Source of the DNA: Larkinella terrae
GTDB taxonomy: Bacteria; Bacteroidota; Bacteroidia; Cytophagales; Spirosomataceae
DNA length: 24,000 nucleotides
Assembly (NCBI RefSeq): GCF_009668025.1
Contig: NZ_WJXZ01000001.1
Coordinates: 663,004 to 687,003 of the forward strand
Direction of reading: 5' to 3'
Shown: positions 23,456-24,000 of the stretch, piece by piece
How positions within the stretch are numbered: the stretch's first letter is position 1
Layout of the letters: each line of letters begins with the position of its first letter
Notes under the pieces: model-generated
The model's database searches: none
Told to the model about the DNA's origin: nothing
The model's input: only the letters and a program-made list of their open reading frames with translations
Program-made: the position numbers and the translations under genes

Positions 23456-24000
23456 ATGCGTCTTCAACCCTTACCCCCCGATGCGCTTAGTCCGGAACTC
23501 CGCTATGTCCATGACGAGATTGCCAGCCTGATTGGCAACAGTCAGAGCCAGGTAACGATGATCGATGCTCAGGGAGCACTGCTGGGGCCTTTCCCACCCA
23601 TGTTGCATTACCCTCAATTTGGTATACCGGCCCTGAGCTTTATCCGAACCCTGGATCAGCACGCTACGCTCGACAAACGAGTCCGGGAAGTCGCCATCCT
23701 TACCGTAGGAAGTGCCTTCGGTGCCCGCTTCGAGCTGTACGCCCACGAGATCATGGCCGAAACATTTGGGCTATCTGCCAATGGTGTTGCAGCACTAGCT
23801 GCTGGTGTACAGCCCGCTGATTTAAGCGAGCCTGAAACCATTGCGTATATAATTACCCGTTCGCTGGTTTCGGGGCAAATTGTACCCGGTTCAACGTACC
23901 GACAAGCTGTCAATCTGCTGGGGCAGGATGGGGTTGCGGAACTCTTCTTTCTGGTAGGCAGCTATTGCCTGATTGCCATGATTCTGAATGGTTTCGACAT
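23456..24000 (+). CDS. Carboxymuconolactone decarboxylase (CMD/AhpD-like) family protein, partial (runs off the window end)
   Basis: I translated it by hand from the ATG at 23456: MRLQPLPPDALSPELRYVHDEIASLIGN...LDKRVREVAILTVGSAFGARFELYAHEIMAE...AELFFLVGSYCLIAMILNGFD. The frame is open to the window end, so it is absent from the ORF track. The - strand ORFs 23471..23746 and 23656..23913 are shadows. Confidence 0.75.
   Translation, partial: MRLQPLPPDALSPELRYVHDEIASLIGNSQSQVTMIDAQGALLGPFPPMLHYPQFGIPALSFIRTLDQHATLDKRVREVAILTVGSAFGARFELYAHEIMAETFGLSANGVAALAAGVQPADLSEPETIAYIITRSLVSGQIVPGSTYRQAVNLLGQDGVAELFFLVGSYCLIAMILNGFD

Noticed and set aside
1-24000. Looked for tRNA/rRNA genes, CRISPR arrays, transposases, integrases and phage or defence-system genes
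   Set aside because: I recognised none. The larger intergenic gaps (1700..2069, 3390..3773, 13731..14002, 15962..16347, 18834..19195) show no tRNA-like cloverleaf signatures or spaced direct-repeat arrays by eye. A tRNAscan/Infernal run would be needed to be certain.

Overview
All calls come from reading the sequence and ORF translations by eye; no searches were run. The window looks like chromosomal DNA from a Bacteroidota genome, probably Cytophagia-like. That placement is an inference from the gene families present: TPR/HisKA_2 kinases, many Crp/Fnr and HxlR regulators, lipoproteins and YHS (seleno)protein-family genes. I saw no rRNA, tRNA, CRISPR array, transposase or integrase.

Gene content, left to right:
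- 1-5600: small modules of one regulator plus a redox enzyme. These are SDR/HxlR, AraC/vanadium-haloperoxidase-like PAP2 lipoprotein, and Crp followed by SDR and an ABM monooxygenase.
- 5700-6430: an AT-rich stretch with two strong hairpins and an orphan 94-aa gene.
- 6428-11416 (minus strand): the most unusual block. It encodes a two-domain spondin_N lipoprotein, two tandem secreted YHS (seleno)protein-family paralogs and DoxX. A terminator-like hairpin follows, then a DinB-like gene translationally coupled to an NRDE(TANGO2)-hydrophobic segment-ATP-grasp fusion. An OmpR-type response regulator and histidine kinase pair (11556-13730) is transcribed divergently from it.
- 14003-15961: a secreted parallel beta-helix protein.
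- 16348-18833: a TPR/HisKA_2 sensor kinase that appears split by a 1-nt frameshift at a C6 run.
- 19196-21181: a REC/AAA+ sigma-54 activator.
- 21317-24000: a second Crp-headed redox cluster with a flavodoxin-like NAD(P)H oxidoreductase, a 2TM protein, a cupin and a CMD/AhpD-like protein.

Non-coding observations:
- A roughly 80-nt intergenic repeat occurs three times in the same orientation. Each copy carries a conserved 9-10 codon mini-ORF on the minus strand.
- Perfect palindromes lie directly downstream of each Crp gene. One is an exact TGTGA-N6-TCACA site.
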